In this document: one piece after another, positions 33,598 through 44,597 of the stretch
Layout of the letters: each line of letters opens with the position of its first letter
How positions within the stretch are numbered: the stretch's first letter is position 1
From: Mayamaea pseudoterrestris
Taxonomy: Eukaryota
Reading direction: 5' to 3'
Assembly: GCA_027923505.1 (NCBI GenBank)
Contig: BROI01000014.1
Location: 1 to 64,000 of the forward strand
Length of the DNA: 64,000 nucleotides
Program-made: the position numbers and the translations under genes
Notes under the pieces: generated by a model
The model's database searches: none
What the model saw: only the letters and a program-made list of their open reading frames with translations
Told to the model about the DNA's origin: nothing

Positions 33598-36480
33598 ATG
33601 GCGGGTCTACCGAGCGCCTGCGATAGCTTTCTTGCGACCTTTAGCGATTCTGACTCCACAGCGATTACTCCGACTATCAAGTCTCCTTATGCGACGCATC
33701 CGAGTAGTAGTAATGCAGCCTTGCCGTCATCAAGCACTGCCATTATGAAAAATCCCTACGCCAAAACCGCAGCGAAACCAAACGCCTTCGTCGGCGGCGC
33801 GGAAAAGGCCCGTCAGAACGCGCGCAAAAAGCTCAAGCAACCAGCGACGCGCATTGTTCGGCCCGACGAGCGCGACAAACTGGATCGCGACGTATTGTCG
33901 AAAAACATGGGAGCCATGGAGCGATTCTTTTGCGCATTGCTGCGATCGTCGGCAGCCGAGTTTCACGCGAGTGCAAGTGATGAAGGTAAAGCGCAAGTGC
34001 TTTGGGAAGCAATCTGCAAGCGCGTCGGTTTGGCGGTGCCATCGGCGCCGCTTCCGGCAAGCTTTAGCTCCATGGATCAGCACTACAATGCGCGAGCAAC
34101 GCTCGTCTTGGAGGAGGCTCGCTTCAGCATTGCCCAGTCGCTCCAGCGATACTTTGGCAATCGCAACAAGACTCCAGGAGCCATTTCGCCCATTGTTTGT
34201 CACTACGCGCAGGCCAATCAGCATCAAATTACAAAACTTGACTTTCAGTCGTCTCGGCCATTCACGAAAGAGCAACTCTTTCACATTCGACCGGGCGGCT
34301 TGTTTCTACTGCAGGCGCGAGATGGAAACAAGTTGATGCAGGATGCATTGCTGGGAGTCATATTGTCGAACAATCGCGGACAGGTGGAAACGAAACACAT
34401 GTTTTCGCTCCATGTGCATGATTCCTTGCGACTGCCGACGCCGCTCGATCAGTCAGTTTGGAGCATTACGCCACTATGTACACTTGTATCCGAGTCGAGA
34501 TGCTTTTGCGCCATGATTGCGCCTGCTCCAGTCAAATTTAATGCGTTACTGATTGGCGGTAGTCGCAATCAACTGCAAACACCGACGCATGTACGATTCG
34601 ATGAGAATGGCGAAAATGTTTTAAAAGACTCGCAAATGAACAGCAACATGACGCAACCAACACAGAATGTATCAGATAAGACTGGTGCAACCGCTATTGC
34701 AGCTCCCAAGGGCGGCCAGTTGTCCATGGACACTTTTTTGAAACCATCCAGCGATTCACAACGCGATGTCATGTTCAAACTTCCTCCTCTAAACCCCACC
34801 CAACAAAAGGCGGCCACATCCTTTCTTGACTCCAAGGAAGGTCATATTCAAATCATTCAAGGTCCACCTGGTACAGGGAAAACAACGCTTCTTTCTTCCA
34901 TCATTTGCCAATATATCATGAAACAGCAGCAAGCGGACAAACCATGTCGGCTCATGGTTTGTGCACCAACCAATAAAGCCATTTCCGTCTTGGCGACTCG
35001 TTTCTTGAAAGCATTGCATCCAGACAACTGCTGCATCAGTGCCATCATGGTGGGCGATTCCGACAAGCTGCTCATGGATGAGCGGAGCGCAGGTGCAGCG
35101 GCTGCTGCCAGCGCGACTAGTGGCGGAGTGATCGACGCCGTCGCCTTGACGCGAACCTTTCTATATAGTTGGATGCAGACGGTCGAAACCGAGTATCGCA
35201 AGGTGCGAAACTACTTCATGCCGGGATCGGGAAGACAACAGTTTCATTCAGTCTCGGCAGTGGCGCAGTCGGCCAAGCGACTCGAGCGCCGCATTCAGCA
35301 TGCGCTTCCAAACTTGTCCAAGGAAATTATCAAACTCATGACGCGCGTTTCAACAACGATTGGCAAAATTGCCGAGACTGGAATGGCTGATCATGACGTT
35401 GTCGTTTTGATTGAGCGCGTTCTAAAGGAACTCAAGGAAGTTCCGCCCGATTTTGTATGGCGACAGTTGCTTGGCAACGCCAATGTCATTTTCTGCACAC
35501 TCGCTAGTGCGGGTGGATTGGTCTTTCGGAACACCAACAGAGTAGATGACTTGATCGTTGACGAAGCTGCAGCTGCGACGGAACCAGAGCTGTGCATTCC
35601 CTTTCATTTAATGCCGAACCGACTCATGATTGTCGGTGACCCACTCCAATTACCAGCGACTGTTCTCAGTCGTAAAGCTGTTGATCTGGGCTTGGCAAAG
35701 AGTCTGCACGAGCGACTCATGTTTGAGTGCAATTATGAACATGTTATGCTTGACGTGCAATATCGAATGAATCCCGAAATTTCATCCTTTCCGTCGGCGC
35801 GCTTTTACGACGGCAGGATTGCCAATGGCCAAAACGTGGTCGCGCAAAACTACACGACGCACTGCAAGCTCCTGGATCAGCGTCCGTATATTTTTCTGCA
35901 TGTTGCGGGAATGGAGGAACAAGCCATTGGCGGATCCTACCGCAACGATACGGAAGCCAAGGTTGTTCTTGATTTATTAACGCAGCTGGAATCTATGGCA
36001 GGCGGCGATCCAAATTGGTTCTCGGCGAACCAAGTCCGCGTCATTACATTCTACCAAGCTCAAGTGCAACTGTTGAAGCGAACCCTCATGTGTCGTTCGT
36101 GGGGTGGCAAGATTGTTGTCGCAACTGTCGATTCTTCTCAAGGAACAGAAGCTGATATTGTGCTTGTTTCATTTGTCCGGGGTCGCAAGGACAGCGACAA
36201 TGCAAAGCTTGTCAATGGGCGCAACAGTGCTGGGTTTTTAACAGACGATCGTCGTATGAACGTAGCATTGACTCGCGCTCGTCACCAATTGATATGCATT
36301 GGCAACGTGAGGACGGTGGGGAACGTCGAAGGAACATTGCAGATGCTGACGGAGAATGCGCAGAGCCGTCAGATTATGCAATCGTTTCCAAGTCGCCACG
36401 ACGCTAATGTTGTCAGTAGCCAGCTAGACTTGTTCTATGGCAACTCGCAGCCAGCTTCCAAGAAGGTTCGGTATTCCTAG
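33598..36480 (+). CDS. Superfamily 1 helicase, Upf1/Sen1 (DNA2/NAM7)-like
   Basis: LNPTQ, QGPPGTGKT, CAPTNKA, VDEAAA, VGDPLQLP, LDVQYRM, TVDSSQG and RMNVALTRAR. An alternative upstream ATG is at 33502. Confidence 0.93.
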   Translation: MAGLPSACDSFLATFSDSDSTAITPTIKSPYATHPSSSNAALPSSSTAIMKNPYAKTAAKPNAFVGGAEKARQNARKKLKQPATRIVRPDERDKLDRDVLSKNMGAMERFFCALLRSSAAEFHASASDEGKAQVLWEAICKRVGLAVPSAPLPASFSSMDQHYNARATLVLEEARFSIAQSLQRYFGNRNKTPGAISPIVCHYAQANQHQITKLDFQSSRPFTKEQLFHIRPGGLFLLQARDGNKLMQDALLGVILSNNRGQVETKHMFSLHVHDSLRLPTPLDQSVWSITPLCTLVSESRCFCAMIAPAPVKFNALLIGGSRNQLQTPTHVRFDENGENVLKDSQMNSNMTQPTQNVSDKTGATAIAAPKGGQLSMDTFLKPSSDSQRDVMFKLPPLNPTQQKAATSFLDSKEGHIQIIQGPPGTGKTTLLSSIICQYIMKQQQADKPCRLMVCAPTNKAISVLATRFLKALHPDNCCISAIMVGDSDKLLMDERSAGAAAAASATSGGVIDAVALTRTFLYSWMQTVETEYRKVRNYFMPGSGRQQFHSVSAVAQSAKRLERRIQHALPNLSKEIIKLMTRVSTTIGKIAETGMADHDVVVLIERVLKELKEVPPDFVWRQLLGNANVIFCTLASAGGLVFRNTNRVDDLIVDEAAAATEPELCIPFHLMPNRLMIVGDPLQLPATVLSRKAVDLGLAKSLHERLMFECNYEHVMLDVQYRMNPEISSFPSARFYDGRIANGQNVVAQNYTTHCKLLDQRPYIFLHVAGMEEQAIGGSYRNDTEAKVVLDLLTQLESMAGGDPNWFSANQVRVITFYQAQVQLLKRTLMCRSWGGKIVVATVDSSQGTEADIVLVSFVRGRKDSDNAKLVNGRNSAGFLTDDRRMNVALTRARHQLICIGNVRTVGNVEGTLQMLTENAQSRQIMQSFPSRHDANVVSSQLDLFYGNSQPASKKVRYS

Positions 36481-36706
36481 TAGTCGGGTACGCGAAAGGG
36501 GAACTCGACATGAACTGCGGCTTGTTGTCGGCCAAAACGACTTTCTACTTGCTTCGAAAAGCTCCGACTACTGGCTAGGACTAAGGAACCATCAATCAGC
36601 CATCCCAAAATGTTCCACAACGACACTTACTCTTTATGTAATACACTTATAGATAACCCTTCTACCGGTACAAGTAGTAGACGTTACAATGATAGGTTAA
36701 TTATAT

Positions 36707-39160
36707 TTAACTTGTACCGGTCAGATCCAGATACAAATCAGGAGGACTGATGCGTTTTAGTGTGAACAATACCTGCGAGTTGACGTGACCTGCACTCGCG
36801 CAAAGTTTGAATAGGTCGCGAAGGAACTGATTTCGCTCACTGGCCGTCTGAATTAGCTTGTCGCAAGCTTCAAATGCAGCATTGTACACCAGCGGTGTCG
36901 ATCGCTTCCCCAGTTTGGCCAAAGCCATTGCTATAGCTGCAAAGGCGGCCTTTAATAGTTCAGGATCGTCAGATGCAGTCTCGCTGCATGCTTCGATAAA
37001 GGCAGTCACGCTGTATGAGCCATGTTCAAAAGAAATATCTTCCAAAGTTATCCAAACTTTCATTGCTTCCAAATAGTGCAAATCTGATGCATTGCTCGAT
37101 GCCAAGAGCTGCAGCAGCGTCGCCACTGTCGTTTCCGATGGCTTGCACTTGTTCTCCCCTTGTTTATATCGCTGAATCATCTGATCAAAAACGTCTAGAC
37201 CTGCTGACCAGCTTTTCACTTCTGCTTTATGCAAGGCATGTAAGACAGTGGAGTATGTGTAATTATCAGGACAACAGGAGAGGTTGCGTCCATGTACAAA
37301 CTCATCGTCCATGTGACGCAATAGCGCTTTTGCCTCGTCGGCAAGGCCTTGCTTGGCGTATGCGCTTAAAAGTGCATTGTAACAAGTAACATCTGGTTGC
37401 TTGACAGTGTCAAAAATCTTACGTATCCTATCAATCGCGTCTGGTTCGTTGCTCTTGCTCCACGCCGTCATGGCAAGAGTGTATGAGTACAGCGTTGCAT
37501 CCTTGTACTGAGAATGGGATTGAATCAATTTTAAAACACTTTCGACCCTATGAGGAAATCCTGGCTTGCCTTCCTGTATGATGGCTTGCATCAAAACCGT
37601 GTAACTGATATGATCTGGCTCAAGCTGCGGTTTCTTGAAGCGCCGAGCCAATTGTTTCATTCGTTCAATCGTTTCTTCAATTGGTCGTACCGCGTTATGA
37701 TGATAAGTCCGATAGTAAGCTTTCAACAGAATGTTGTAAACGGTAGAGTCTATATCGAAACCCTCTCCGCCGTGTTCAGTCATGCGCCGTTCCATTGCAT
37801 CGAGTGTTGCCTTGACTTTCTCCAGCCCTTCAGCTGTACCTCGTCTAGCATTGGCATCCATGACAATTCCATAAGCTTTGCGATTTGGTTTAAGATGGTC
37901 TGCGCTCAACAGTAGCATGAGCAAGTCATTAGCTCCCTCTGCATCTCCTTTTCGAGACGAGGCCTGCATGGCAATCAGAAAACTTTTCAGATCAACCAAT
38001 CCTTGACATTCGGGACACTCACGCTCAAAGTCCAAGCACCGTTGCAGAATCTGTCGTGACTGCCCCGGATTATTTTGGCACATGCTCAAAACGCGCCTCA
38101 GCGTCAAATTCAACGGCCTTGAGTTTGGATGTGGCGCATTGGCCTTTCGATATTGGTCGAGCTGATTGTTGAAAAATTCAACAGCTTTTGGAAAATCTTG
38201 ACCAACGGTTTGGTATGCCTTGATGATCGCATCATTGGACGCAGCATCTGGATATATCTTACGGCTTCGCATGTCCTTATAAAGCCCAAGGGCAGTGTTG
38301 ATGCTTGATTCACTAGCTACTTTTGCGACTGCATTCATGGTGTAATTGTAAGATCGAGTGCCCGCTAGTTTGATACTCTGTTTGGTTCCTTCCGCATTCA
38401 TTTTTGATAAAAGACGCAGAGCTTGAGCGGGAGCATCACTAGCGGATGATCGACTCCAGGTAAGTAGCAGTGCATTGTACAATCGTCGTCGTGCACGAAA
38501 GAGGGGCGTTTGAACGCTCATTGCCTGCCCATATTCAAAAGGCATTGCGTCAAAGAGTTTCTGAGCCCGTGATGCGGCTTCATTATTGTTCCGCACTCGT
38601 GACCAAGCAGTAATTGCAACTTCTGTCGCAAATACTTGGTGGGCATTGTTGAACGAAAAGAGTGCTTTCGCGAGTCTGTCGAGTGTTTCGGCGGATTCAG
38701 CCAAAAGCGCATTCGTATTAGATGATTCCGATGTATGATTTTTTGACTGCGCATACGATTCTTTTCCTCCTACTATTTCAAGCTTCTTGGAGTTTTTGCT
38801 CCAGCATTTTATGATTGAATCAATCGATAGCTCATTTCGTTGTATTTCTCCAACTTTATCGTCACTGCTCCCTCTCAGCATTTGAATAATTCTGTCAGTC
38901 GTCTTTATCAGCTCCATTGCCTCTTCTACAGGATCTTCAATTCCTAGATAAACATCTTCAGATTGTTGAGTTTGCTGCAAGGGGATGGCAGAATGTGCTC
39001 GTTGAACATGGCGCAAAGCGTGACCGTTCAACGACGATCCCTGCAACGTCCAATGACTCAATGCTTTAAAAAGTGCATTGCGAGGTGCAATCAACCGGCG
39101 ACGAACAGATATTGCGGGTCGTCTAGTTGCGGCCGCTCTGATGATTTTGTTAGACATCAT
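36707..39160 (-). CDS. Pentatricopeptide repeat (PPR) protein, probably mitochondrial
   Basis: Repeated PD/PN..Y..L..A motifs (PDVTCYNALLSAYAKQG, PDNYTYSTVLHA); Arg-rich presequence. Confidence 0.9.
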   Translation of the reverse strand: MMSNKIIRAAATRRPAISVRRRLIAPRNALFKALSHWTLQGSSLNGHALRHVQRAHSAIPLQQTQQSEDVYLGIEDPVEEAMELIKTTDRIIQMLRGSSDDKVGEIQRNELSIDSIIKCWSKNSKKLEIVGGKESYAQSKNHTSESSNTNALLAESAETLDRLAKALFSFNNAHQVFATEVAITAWSRVRNNNEAASRAQKLFDAMPFEYGQAMSVQTPLFRARRRLYNALLLTWSRSSASDAPAQALRLLSKMNAEGTKQSIKLAGTRSYNYTMNAVAKVASESSINTALGLYKDMRSRKIYPDAASNDAIIKAYQTVGQDFPKAVEFFNNQLDQYRKANAPHPNSRPLNLTLRRVLSMCQNNPGQSRQILQRCLDFERECPECQGLVDLKSFLIAMQASSRKGDAEGANDLLMLLLSADHLKPNRKAYGIVMDANARRGTAEGLEKVKATLDAMERRMTEHGGEGFDIDSTVYNILLKAYYRTYHHNAVRPIEETIERMKQLARRFKKPQLEPDHISYTVLMQAIIQEGKPGFPHRVESVLKLIQSHSQYKDATLYSYTLAMTAWSKSNEPDAIDRIRKIFDTVKQPDVTCYNALLSAYAKQGLADEAKALLRHMDDEFVHGRNLSCCPDNYTYSTVLHALHKAEVKSWSAGLDVFDQMIQRYKQGENKCKPSETTVATLLQLLASSNASDLHYLEAMKVWITLEDISFEHGSYSVTAFIEACSETASDDPELLKAAFAAIAMALAKLGKRSTPLVYNAAFEACDKLIQTASERNQFLRDLFKLCASAGHVNSQVLFTLKRISPPDLYLDLTGTS

Positions 39161-39326
39161 TGCACCACATGAACATGGTCAAAAGATGGCCAACGGTTTG
39201 CGATAGTCGCGTCCCTCCATCATTAACGGTGCGACAAGATCCGACGAGTTAGTTTCCTGTCGCACAAAAAAAAGCCGACAGCCACTATCATTCAGTAGTA
39301 ACTGCTCAGACAAGAGACTCACAGCA

Positions 39327-40187
39327 ATGGATAGCGAAATAGTAACGGAGTCGATTTCTGAAGTGAAGCCTCCCGCAAATAATGCAGCGACGACGAAAGA
39401 TGAGAATCTTGCAAAAATACATTCATCGCATTCCAAGCAATCATTCACCACTCCCATTGCTTGCGTCTTTGCACCTGAACATGACATGTTTCGAGTCACA
39501 AGATCGAAAGGAAATACTCTCTTCTCTGGAGGATACGGTGTATCAATTCCAATCAACGAAACGAGTAATGGCGAAAACAATCCAGGGAACCACACGTTTC
39601 TGTTTATTGAAGAAGTCGTAGTATTGTACAAGCAAGGCTTGCTAAAAGCCTTGGATGAGAACGGAATCGTGTACGAACGTCAACAATTGTATGACAAGCT
39701 ACATTTGCTGGGCGTTTCGTGGCCCGCCTACTTGGTCTACGCTCACTTGCGCATGCAAACCTACCGCGTGGTGCGACACACGCCCACGCGAAGAGCCATA
39801 CTGCAGGAGATGCAAACGTACGTGACCGCTCATACGTCTTGCAACAATGGAAACTTTCAAACACTCAAACGACAATTGCGGCTGGATGCGGTGCAAGCGG
39901 TGGCTCCTCGAGTGGCGGCTGGCGAGTCGACAATTCTGCCGGCGTTTGACGTTTACCAACCAAACTCGCGCTTTGCGAAATCATGTCCTGGTCTACCAGA
40001 TTTCTCGATTGCTATCACATCATATCATCATTGTCAAGTGCACTATGAGCAGTGGCATGCGCTGGTATCGAGTAGTGGTGCAGCTGCGATACCAGTCAAG
40101 ATTGCGGCCGTGAGTGACTCTGGGACCGTCTTGGTCTTTGGAGTAACGAATACGGGTGTACCAACCATGGCGACAAAGTCTGAGTAA
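39327..40187 (+). CDS. TSEN54: tRNA-splicing endonuclease subunit Sen54-like
   Basis: FLFIEEVVVLYKQG, AYLVYAHLRMQTYRVVRH and FDVYQPNSRFAKSCPGLPDF. Confidence 0.75.
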   Translation: MDSEIVTESISEVKPPANNAATTKDENLAKIHSSHSKQSFTTPIACVFAPEHDMFRVTRSKGNTLFSGGYGVSIPINETSNGENNPGNHTFLFIEEVVVLYKQGLLKALDENGIVYERQQLYDKLHLLGVSWPAYLVYAHLRMQTYRVVRHTPTRRAILQEMQTYVTAHTSCNNGNFQTLKRQLRLDAVQAVAPRVAAGESTILPAFDVYQPNSRFAKSCPGLPDFSIAITSYHHCQVHYEQWHALVSSSGAAAIPVKIAAVSDSGTVLVFGVTNTGVPTMATKSE

Positions 40188-40793
40188 CATTTATACTTAT
40201 TGATTTGTTGACGTGCTTGTGAAGATAGTTTCAAAACATAACCAATCTCACCGTCGACAGCTGGACAGGCAGTATGGATGAGCGCTCAAAGCACATGTTT
40301 GCCACGGATAATTGCTCAATGCGACCGAAAATGGTGAACTTTGCCGCTGCAGCTGGAGTCAATGCGGATCTACCGTCCGATGCGAGCTCGCAGTTCCTTC
40401 TTTTATGACAGTCGGTCCATGCTCAGCGTTTAGTCAGAGTCAAACTCATCACGCGCTTCTCGACGGCGACACCACCTTCTTAGACATCTTTTTGCGGATG
40501 TCATTTTCGTTTATCGGTATGTAATAGTAGCAGCAACAATGACTCCTCTTGACTCGTTCACGAGACTATGTGAGGAACCAAGACTAACTGTAGTAACATA
40601 CATGGTTATCGGGCGTCGCCAATCCAGTTATAAATCGTACCGGTACTCACGTTCGATCAACGCGCCAGCCGAGTCATTGCTCGCCACAATTTCCAGTCGT
40701 TCCAAAGTTGAACCGATTTACCTTGGCCTTCACTCATTCATTTGAAAATGCCTTTTGCAAGAGATAAATCCGACAGGTAGTCACCCTTTCACC

Positions 40794-42263
40794 ATGATGG
40801 GGAAGTGCGAGGCTCGCTTGGCTATACTGTTGTCAGTGGTCTCCGACGTCTTGCTCTTGATTACCGCCAGCCTCCTTCTCTTTCGTCCGACATGGCTCTT
40901 CCCCTACTCGTCCGAAACTGATCATGACATTGATGCAACTCATGCATATGCTCAAGATCGACACGAGAAACTTGTCGATAAGCCATTGTTTGTGTTATGT
41001 GGAGGAGTACTGCTGAGTCAAGTCTTGGCAATTTCATGCTTGATCCTTCCCATGCTACGAAGCCAATTACTACGAGATGTTCAAAAGAATGATGTAGTCG
41101 CAGTCGATGTTAATCAAAGCATGTCCATTGCATTTTTACAAATGGCGTCACTCATGAGTTGCCTGACTGGAATGGCCATGACGCTGGCCGGATCAATGTT
41201 GGTGGTATGGGACGGCAACAAGGGATGCGACTCGACGCCGCTCATTGTCATGGGCTTCCTCGTCGTCGTTTGCTCCATCACATCCGGGCTATCAACCTTG
41301 TCCGGAAATGATATGAGCCTCCATCACACCGAGTCTGCTCGCCGCTCCTTTCGCCAACAATCCGCGTCGGCTGCTTCGACAACATGGCGGGAAGTATCTG
41401 AAGATTATGCAACGCCGACAAGTCGTGCTCGTCGGGTCATTGTCGATCAACAACGCGGCGAGCCAGAGCTATACGCATCACCGCTCGTGACAAACTCAAG
41501 TCATCAAACGGAAAGGCAAGCACATCAAAGTTCATTAGCTTCGTCAAGTACGAGCTCCATGCTACCAAAGGCTGCAAATGCTTTTCGCGCCGTTCTTCCC
41601 ATGGTGGCATCAACGCAGCCATCAATGCCGCAATTGCCAGCAATCGCCAATATAGACAAAGCATTAGCACTGGATGTACAACATGTGGCTTGGGACGAGC
41701 ATTACGTGGCACTGGCTGCCTTTTACGAGCAACATCTTCACACCAAGGTGATTCATGGTCCGCTGGCGAAATGGCTCGCCAAGCAACGAAGCGACTACCG
41801 TCAATTGGTGTTTGATGTGACGCGACCCTTCGACTGCGAGTTGAACAGTGATCGGATTGACTTGCTCAACGCTCTCCACGTAAATTGGAACTACGATGAA
41901 GCAACCGAGTGGAACAACCGCTATGCGCAGCTGCGCCAACATTTTCAAAAGCATGGCAGCCTCGGCATGTCGCGAAGGGCGAAAACGATTCATGAAGCGC
42001 CCGGTAGCCGTCACAGTCGAACATCAAGAAGCTTTACAATCTGGCACGTTGGCGACGAAGCATTAGTAGACTGGATGCGACTGCAACAAACGGAGTATTT
42101 CCTATGGAAGGCCAAGCAGACGACGTGCATGACCATTGAGCGGATACTCAGGTTGCAGGCACTAGGCTTTGTCTGGGAGAGTGCTGACACGGATACGCTG
42201 CCTAATCTTCCGATGGAAGTGGTGGTAAATGATGACGACGAAGATATATCCATTCTTGTGTAA
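40794..42263 (+). CDS. Multi-TM protein with two C-terminal helicase-associated (HA) domains
   Basis: Four hydrophobic segments; then WDEHYVALAAF..GPLAKWLAKQR..RIDLLNALHVNW and WNNRYAQLRQH..LVDWMRLQ..ERILRLQALGFVW. Confidence 0.8.
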   Translation: MMGKCEARLAILLSVVSDVLLLITASLLLFRPTWLFPYSSETDHDIDATHAYAQDRHEKLVDKPLFVLCGGVLLSQVLAISCLILPMLRSQLLRDVQKNDVVAVDVNQSMSIAFLQMASLMSCLTGMAMTLAGSMLVVWDGNKGCDSTPLIVMGFLVVVCSITSGLSTLSGNDMSLHHTESARRSFRQQSASAASTTWREVSEDYATPTSRARRVIVDQQRGEPELYASPLVTNSSHQTERQAHQSSLASSSTSSMLPKAANAFRAVLPMVASTQPSMPQLPAIANIDKALALDVQHVAWDEHYVALAAFYEQHLHTKVIHGPLAKWLAKQRSDYRQLVFDVTRPFDCELNSDRIDLLNALHVNWNYDEATEWNNRYAQLRQHFQKHGSLGMSRRAKTIHEAPGSRHSRTSRSFTIWHVGDEALVDWMRLQQTEYFLWKAKQTTCMTIERILRLQALGFVWESADTDTLPNLPMEVVVNDDDEDISILV

Positions 42264-42581
42264 CGTCAATGTGTTTACTATTGAAAGAAAACTGAGGTAG
42301 ATACTTTAGTTGACAGCGAATAAAGGTAAATAAATTTCATTATGGAGAACTTATAAATGTCTCGCTTTCGTTACATGAGTTCGCGTATGATGGCGACGTT
42401 CATAAAGGTAGCTTGCATTCATAGAGTGATGGATGATAGCTGAATGGACAAAGCAGCCCGCGCGCGCACACCCTCCGTTTCCACGCATCGCGGCGACCGC
42501 GCCACTGGAGCCTGCAACCTGACCATGGATCGCAGTATTCGTCCATCTATTCTACTCATTGACTTTTCTACTATATTTTAA

Positions 42582-43367
42582 ATGATTCCCTACCCGCGCT
42601 GCATGTATTGGTTGGCCACCTGCGCCCATGTTGCCTTGCTGGCGGTTGCCTTGGAGCTCCTTTACGTTGGTGCGACGCTTTCCGCCACGCCGGAATCATC
42701 ATCGATTGGACCAAACGCGACAAACAATGGGAACGGAACCATGACGGATGATGCAACGACGAACGAGCAAGATGATGTAATGATGCTACCAGTACGACCA
42801 TTCATTTTGTTATCGGCCATGCTCATGCTGCTGCAAGTCGGAGTGAGCAATCGCTTGGCCAAGCCATTGTTGCGACATGACGAAGATTCTCTGTCAATAC
42901 AATCACTACTGTTGAAGCATGTTCGCATCGCCTTAATGAGCTTGGTGATGACAGGAATTGTGGTGGGCGTGATTGGACGTTTGCTGGTTCCGTCAATGGT
43001 TGGAAACGTCATGCTTGTCGGTGGATCATTGGCCACACCGTTTGCAATGTTTGCCTTGGCGATTCCCTTCTTGCCGACCGTCACGAATGCAGATGATGAC
43101 AATGGCGCTCGTGATGATTCACTGCGAGAACCGCTGCTACAAGAGACGCAGCATAGAGGAGAGCGGCAGTACGACGAAGAACAAGCTGGAGGAAGCAGTC
43201 GCTTCCAAGAGTGCTGCCACGAAAACACTCCAACGGCCTCGACGACTCCAAGCTCCACGCCGACAGTTACTACGAATAGCAGCGCCTCTTCTCCACTCTC
43301 GTCTCCGTTGGCCGTCACGACGACGCCGGAATCAAAGACCAAGCGAAGGACGAGTCAAACCCCGACG

Positions 43368-43406
<39 letters not shown>

Positions 43407-43828
43407 AGCACTACTACCCCCCGTGCCACTTTCCGCCATCGTCCCGCTCGCATTACCACTGCAGCAGCAGAATCTCCGCGCAATGCGCCTCCATCGCACA
43501 CTCCCACAGTCTCACTGCACGAAAAGACGTGGCACGTTCGCTTCGCCGAGCTCCAAGCATTTCACGCCGAGCACCATCACATTGAGGTTCCGGAGCATTA
43601 CTACAAGTACCCGCAGCTGCATCGCTGGATGGAGCGACAGCAAGTGCAACATCGGGCGTTTGTGCAGGTATGTGTTACATGATGTTGTTGTTGCAGAACA
43701 TGTGGAGACGAATCAACGCTTGCTAACAATAACAACACACAAACATTGTTTCATCGCAGGGCAAGCCATCGACCATGACGCAGGAACGACTGCAAGCTTT
43801 GCAGGAGCTCGGCATGGTATTTGATTAA
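42582..43828 (+). CDS. Multi-TM protein with one C-terminal HA domain, 2 exons (intron 43668-43759)
   Basis: Splicing gtatgt...gctaac...cgcag completes the HA domain WHVRFAELQAF...LHRWMERQ...FVQ|GKPSTMTQERLQALQELGMVFD*. Confidence 0.82.
43371..43406. repeat. (GCT)12 microsatellite encoding polyAla
   Basis: Direct read. Confidence 0.95.
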
Positions 43829-43915
43829 ATTATAATTTGATGATTTGTTTTACATGTATTTGCTTGCTTACAACCTTCAACAAGCACTTTCGTTCTCGCA
43901 TATCTCGAAAAGATG

Positions 43916-44356
43916 TTACGTCACAACCACAAACTCGCCATCGTTCTTGTACGTGACTGCACTCAGTGCTCCCCCACTCTCCTTGAAGTTGGCCCATGCT
44001 TGATAGTGTGGCTGCTGCTTGTGATGATCCATTCCAGCTGGTGACTTGTACAATTCGTAAAAGATGAATTGGTTGGGCGCTTCCTGCGATCTTAACACGT
44101 CGAACCGAATGCACTCGGGTTCCTTGCGCGATTGTTCGGCATTATTCTCCATGAGTGTTACAAACTCGGCCATGCGATTTGGGTCAATCTCAGCGTGCAC
44201 GACGACGCCGAACGGCTTGGTTTCAGTGGTGGTGGGCATGGTGGACATGAAGGCGCGTGGCAATGTGCGCAAGTTGGTGCTGGCTGGCTGAATCAGAAAC
44301 GCGGAGCTGCTGACGATACAAAGGATAGCTAGGAGAAAAGTGGTCGCCGCTATCAT
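43916..44356 (-). CDS. ABM (antibiotic biosynthesis monooxygenase)-family protein, LsrG/YgiN-like, plastid-targeted
   Basis: Signal peptide ending SSA-FL; SRKEPECIRFDVL, FIFYELYKS and HKQQPHY. Confidence 0.85.
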   Translation of the reverse strand: MIAATTFLLAILCIVSSSAFLIQPASTNLRTLPRAFMSTMPTTTETKPFGVVVHAEIDPNRMAEFVTLMENNAEQSRKEPECIRFDVLRSQEAPNQFIFYELYKSPAGMDHHKQQPHYQAWANFKESGGALSAVTYKNDGEFVVVT

Positions 44357-44597
44357 ACTAGTCACACTGCAGTGAGAGGAGAAGAGCTGCGTGGGGTACA
44401 GACAAGTTCTTCATCTTCATCGTCGCTAAGTCGAAAGATACGCGTCAACTTGGAACAGAAGCTGAGTACCGCTACGATGATTGCTATGCTACCGGATGTT
44501 TTGCAATGCATCGCTAATGTTACCCGCAAAGCACTACAGAATATTGTATAGTGCAACAAAAAATGCCAACCAAGTATCTAACAGTGCTTTCATTCTG

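Noticed and set aside
36421..36435. QLDLF, a bacterial beta-clamp motif, in the helicase tail
   Set aside because: Nuclear eukaryotic protein; a five-residue match is likely chance.
42662..43824. Overlapping ORFs 42662-43342 (-) and 42973-43824 (+)
   Set aside because: Alternative-frame shadows of the spliced HA gene, kept open by the GCT repeat and GC-rich codons.
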